Shown piece by piece: positions 58,706-64,000 of a stretch of 64,000 nt of DNA. A program made the translations under genes and the position numbers. Positions within the stretch are counted from its first letter, which is position 1, and each line of letters begins with the position of its first letter. A model generated the notes under the pieces. That model ran no database searches. It saw only the letters and a list, made by a program, of their open reading frames with translations, and was not told the origin of the DNA. Where the stretch lies: assembly GCF_000143415.4 (NCBI RefSeq), contig NW_003314265.1:758405-822404 (forward strand), read 5' to 3'. The stretch comes from Selaginella moellendorffii. Taxonomy: Eukaryota > Plantae > Lycopodiophyta.

Positions 58706-59650
58706 CAGAGGAATATGCTTTGTTTTTTGGTTTAATATAAACTTTGCCCTAAACCTTTCAAAATTGTATCTACAAGATGAGATCGCCGCCTTGATGGTGT
58801 GTTGGCAGCAATGCGGAGAACCAACCAAAAGAACATGGTAATGGAATCAAATATACAGTGGAAGAGGAGATCACATCATTGCCAGGGAGAGAGACTGAGG
58901 CTTGGCTGGGTATAAAAGGCTATAATTCTATTGAAGTGCTTGACATGTGATTGTAAACATTTTATATTGAGTATAAGTCTTTTATATCAATTTCCAGATG
59001 AAATAAAAGTTTTGCCACCACCATAAACACCCTTCCAAATCCATCATCGCCATTAAAACCCTCATAGATAACATCCATACCTTTTCCATTGCCTTGACTA
59101 AGGGACCTTCTCCATTAAAGCACTTAGTGTTTTTGAAGGCACCTATGCCCTCCTTCTGAAGCACCGGTAATTGCTCCTTCTAGCCAAGTTCCATATGTTG
59201 AAGCACAATGCTAATCCATCTTTATCACTTGGCGCATCACCTTGCCAGCATCTAATTCGCCATTGCGTCCATTCGAATCTGACAGTATGCATTCCTGGAA
59301 GATCTTGGTTGGCTAGAAAAACTTTGGTGCTGACGATTTTTCTTGACTGATTGATTCTATCGCAGCGTCTGCACTGAGGCTCGTCCATCACTCTCGCCTA
59401 CAGCCATCTACGCCTGAGGCAGTCCGGAACAGATGCAAACCATACTAAATTCTGCCATTTTTCTTATTAGTCTCCTCACTACAGGTGGGCGCAACAGTTC
59501 TTTTGGAAGGCGACGGTGATATATTGAGGGCTAGTGAAAGTAAGCCGCGTTTCTCAGCAGCGCGTCTGGCACCTGTCAAAACTCCTCCTCGCCAACCAGC
59601 CCAATCTACTCAAGAACATTATTTTTCGATTATTGTAGATTCATGCCTGG

Positions 59651-60405
59651 CAAAGATTGATCGAGATCGATTCTTCTGTCTCTAGCAATGAAATCACGTC
59701 GTGCAAAGCATCCTTTTTAGGCTGCTCGCCAAACCAAGGAGATATCAAGATGGACTGTGGAGATCCGCATCAAGTAATGACGTCCCATTGATAAAAGGAT
59801 GAGCATAGCATGGTAAGATTTTTGTGCCGCAAACACGCGCCACATGTTTGGGTCCCATGGATACCAGCCACAAGGCCAATGCGCGGCTCTCAGCCGTCGG
59901 ATGCTGCGATCGGACGTTGGAAAATGCGCCAAGTCTGCATGGGTTCGATTGCGGTTGCGATGCCTTTGGGTCCATCCACGTGGGTTGATGGTGGAGCTGA
60001 ACTCCCAGGTATTTGTACTTGATGACCTTTATCATCGGGAAAGGTGGTGAGTTGATCCAAAGACCTAGTCTTTTCCAAGTTCACCTCGTCGGCATACAGT
60101 AGGAGGTAGAGTGTCCGAGCCTTAAATGCGTGCCTGCGTCACGTCCACTACTCCTGCGGACGGAGGATGAAACCATTCAGTGCTTTTGGACAAGAGCCTC
60201 AGCTGGAAAAGAGCTCGGACACCTAAGGGAAGAAAAACAAATCATTGTACAGAAAAAACGAAACATGAGAAAAGGTGCTTCCAGCTCAAACGCGCTGAAG
60301 CATCGTGCGTCTCTCCTTAGTAGATGCACTACAGCCACGGCAAATCGATCTCGAGCTGTCGATCTTTTCTTCAGCCGAGTTTGCGGACGAAGAAATGGAG
60401 GAATG
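59651..60405 (-). pseudogene. Rearranged partial copy of the THOC5 3' region
   Basis: 59651-59731 resembles 60806-60890; 60113-60321 resembles 61093-61340; 60322-60405 is the reverse complement of ~61431-61514. Confidence 0.85.
59732..60112 (-). mobile_element. Non-LTR (LINE) reverse-transcriptase fragment
   Basis: The minus strand reads LYLLLYADE-VNLEKT, then after a frameshift YKYLGV: RT domains 5-7 with an internal deletion. Confidence 0.7.
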
Positions 60406-60810
60406 GAAACCACTCAAATAATCACCATCTCAATCACCAAAAGTTTGAGTACCTTCTCAAGCACCAATCACCACTCTAGATCTATTTCCCCATCACCCTC
60501 ACTTTCACTATCACATCTCCCTCTCCTCAGCTCCAAGTAAAAATTGTATGAGCTTTAACTCAATTACCTTTAATTAAACAAACCTAATCTACGTTAAATA
60601 GTTGTGAATATTTTTTGACTTGACAATACTGTCGATTCTCCTTGGCGAAGATTGACCTCGAAAGCTTTGACCAAAAAACGCTTTGAGCTCTTTCTCCAGC
60701 AACGGCAACATTTACGACTAGGCGAGTACCTCATCGCAACGACAAACCTCCGCGATGAGCTCCTTGCCACCCTCGAGCAAATAGCTGTTGTTGTTGTTGT
60801 CTCGAAAGGA

Positions 60811-63432
60811 TTACAGATTGAGATCGATTCTCCTGTCTCTACCTCGATGCAATCGCGTCGTGCTATCCATCCTTCTTAGGCTGCTCGCCAGCTCTCCATC
60901 AACCTCGGTGTCAAAGAGATAGGCCAAGAGTGCCATTTGATGCGCTAGGACGCTGTCTTCTTCCCACTCTGGGAGCTTCTCCAAAACCTGGCAGTTTATC
61001 TGCGAAACAAATCCAGGGATCACATTGGCGATGGAGCAAGAAAAGAAAACGAGAGCTACCTTGGCTTCCATTGCGCGTAGCTCATTGAACCAGTCCGAGC
61101 CTTGAATGCGTGCTTCCGTCACGTCCACTACCCCTGCGGAAGGTGGATGATGAAAGCATTGAGTGCTTCCGGACAAGAGCCTCAGCTGGAAGAGTGGAGG
61201 ACGCGCGGGGTAGTCCATAGCTATCGTCACCTAAGGGAAAAAATAATCAGTCATAAGAAAGAAACGAAACAAAAGGAAAAACGTCTACCTGTGCTTCGAG
61301 CTCAAACGCCCGTCCTGAAGCATCGTCGTCTCTCCTTAGTACAGCATTGAAAGCACGAGAGCCATAATCCTTCCAGCTCTGCTTGGAGCAGCTCAGATCT
61401 ACGTCCTTTCCTTCCGGGACATCCGGCTCACACTCCTCCATTTCTTCGTCCGCAAACTCGGCCGAAGAAAAGATCGACAGCTCGAGATCGATTTGCCGTG
61501 GTTGTAGTGCATCTTGCCTTGGGGCCGGGAGCTGAGCTTCCGGAGCCTCAAAGCGAGCGGTCTTTTTTGAGCTGGCTCCTTTTTCGTTTGAAGACGCCGG
61601 CTTCGATATAGCGGCTGGAGGAAGCTCGCCATCCTCTCTACCAGCTTCACTTTCCAGTGCCAGTGTCTCCACGACGGACGCTTGCGTCCAGCGCTTGAGC
61701 AGGCATTTTGGTACATGAGTTGCCCAATGCACGGCCTTGAACTTGAGAGGCGGAATAGCCAATTTTTCCAACGAGTCAAGTTGGCCCCTGCATACAAACA
61801 AAGAGTTTTAGAGATCACAAAAGAAAACGCGACACACACCTTCTAGAACTCACTTTAAGGCCAGCTGGGACTTCTTTCTGTTCCGAAGTTGCTGCAAAAC
61901 AGTTTGCACGCGATGCTGTTGCCTGTAGACGGCTAGCCCAGAGGATATGGACGTCTTGATAACCTCTGCTGTCTCCTGATGACATAGATATTGTGGCGTC
62001 TCAGAGAGGAAGTCAATGCCTGCCAAATGTTGAGCCCACTTATACCATCTTGATGTTCGTTTTGGGTCCTCCACCAGCTTATTTTCAGCAAGAATTTTTC
62101 CGGCCTGAGAGAAAGAGCAATGGTCAGCCAGAATAAACTTATCAAAACAAAACTTCTACCTGGTTCGGCAAGGTGACTCCTGCATCGTCGGGGAAAAGGT
62201 TGGCAAGGAGATGAACATCACTATCTTGATGTCCTTCAACTCCAGCACAAACGACGTTTAACCTGGGCAGATACTCGAATTTGAGAGTAAGTAGCTTAGC
62301 GGCTTTCTCCCCTCCTCGATCGTCATCGTCATAGATCTGGAGAATGACTGACAGGGGATGGGCGTGCAGTACGCCCGCATCAGCAGCAGCTTCCACATCA
62401 TGTGTTCTCTTAGTTCTTTTCCTCCGGCGTTGAGACTCGTCATCATCATCCAGTACTTCATCGTCTGCTTTGTGTTGCTCATCGAAAGACCCAGGACCTG
62501 TAGTTACAAGTCATTAGCTTCTGAAAGAAAACAGAAGACGTTAAAAATAACCTGATTCTCGGTTTGTACTTTGCTTCAAGAATGCTTGAGCTTCTTTAGC
62601 GCTTCCGATGATCTCGACGTCAATCGGCTCTCCAAAGGCCTCTTTATACGACATGAGCTGCACGTAAAGTATATAAAGAGGAGAAGGAAGCAAGTCCGCA
62701 AGCTGATGCTGCTTCAAGCGCTTGGTATGCAAGATCCCAAGGTGTTGTTGGACAGGCAAAGAAGCCTTTTTGAGAGCCTTGAGTTGGGATGGCAAGCTCG
62801 AGAGGAATTTCTTCCGGTTTGCAATGTTCTCTTGCAGCATTTTCTTGCGAGCTTCTAGTAGTTCCCGCTGCTTGCATAGTTGCTTTCTCTGGAAAGAGCA
62901 CCGAGTTAAAGAGAAAGAAAACAATGTAAAAACTTCCTTACCTGATGCATCTCAAAGTTGAGACGCTGCAGCATAAGCTTGTGTGGATCATTCTTGATGG
63001 CAGGATCAGACTGGAGCTCCTCCGGCGCATCCCGGAAGAACTCTTCCTCGGGAACGAGCTCTATGTCGGGATATTTCGACTTGAAATCCTTACACGTCTT
63101 AATCGCCTTGAGGTAATGGTTCTTCTCGTAGAGCAGATTGTGGAGCTGGAGCGTGGTCCGATCCAGCGGACTCTTGGCGGCCTCGGTCTCGACCTTGACT
63201 CTGTCCTCCTCTTGAAGAATCACTCGATTAATCTACAAGAATCCACATTGCGACTTATCAAGAGAAGGAGAAGGCAAATTCTCACCTGGCGCAAGTTGAG
63301 CAGGAGAATCGATGCCGCCGTCGTGAGCTCCGGAAGCTCCACTCTCGCCGTGCCGGCTTTCTTGGCGTGCAGCATCCTAGCGAGCGCATCCTCGACGTCG
63401 CCGCGAGCCTGCGCCAGGAGCTCGTACGCCAT
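60811..63432 (-). CDS. THOC5: THO complex subunit 5 (FMIP), multi-exon
   Basis: LQLHNLLYEKNHYLKAIKTCKDFKSKYPDIELVPEEEFF, LKALKKASLPVQ, HPLSVIL..FEYLPRLNVV, LFPDDAG and YKWAQHLAG. Confidence 0.93.
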
Positions 63433-63500
63433 TGAGCCTAAAGCCCTAGAAGAAGGAGAATCAGATTAGATTCACCCTATATCCAGGAATAAATTCAAAT

Positions 63501-64000
<500 letters not shown>

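Noticed and set aside
57854-58828. Long antisense or alternative-frame ORFs over CYP74 (also 17742-18476, 34564-35325 and 56199-57056)
   Set aside because: Shadow ORFs expected from high GC3 coding sequence; no motifs.

Overview
This is a very compact eukaryotic land-plant window, with GT-AG introns of about 50-60 nt and intergenic gaps often under 200 bp. The S-motif-rich PPR gene and the CYP74 point to the lycophyte Selaginella (inference). About 26 protein-coding genes can be supported: ISI1-like (partial), SHH, NST1-like/U-box fusion, eIF5B, two phytocyanins, MIF/MDL, L2HGDH, VAP, a G-type lectin receptor pseudokinase, a Gfo/Idh/MocA oxidoreductase, FAM91A1, SmG, TGD2, DUF3598, a PDZ-like protein, an At4g22758-like protein, succinyl-CoA ligase alpha, an orphan ORF, a BCAT-like aminotransferase, BRIZ/BRAP2, PPR, CYP74, THOC5, ADC synthase (partial) and an unknown plant protein. 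The accessory region (37.1-50.5 kb) is a local duplication with reciprocal gene loss. It is interrupted by a complete 7.48-kb LTR element (39928-47407) with a GTTCC TSD, an iMet PBS, a PPT and no intact ORF. The most unusual signal lies inside that element: five back-to-back hairpins, two of them tRNA T-arm mimics, followed by two ~70-nt cloverleaf-like modules whose stems show compensatory changes. Its LTRs also carry a two-unit minisatellite whose unit order differs between the copies. Exon boundaries and alignments were read by eye, and homology calls come from recalled motifs, not database searches.
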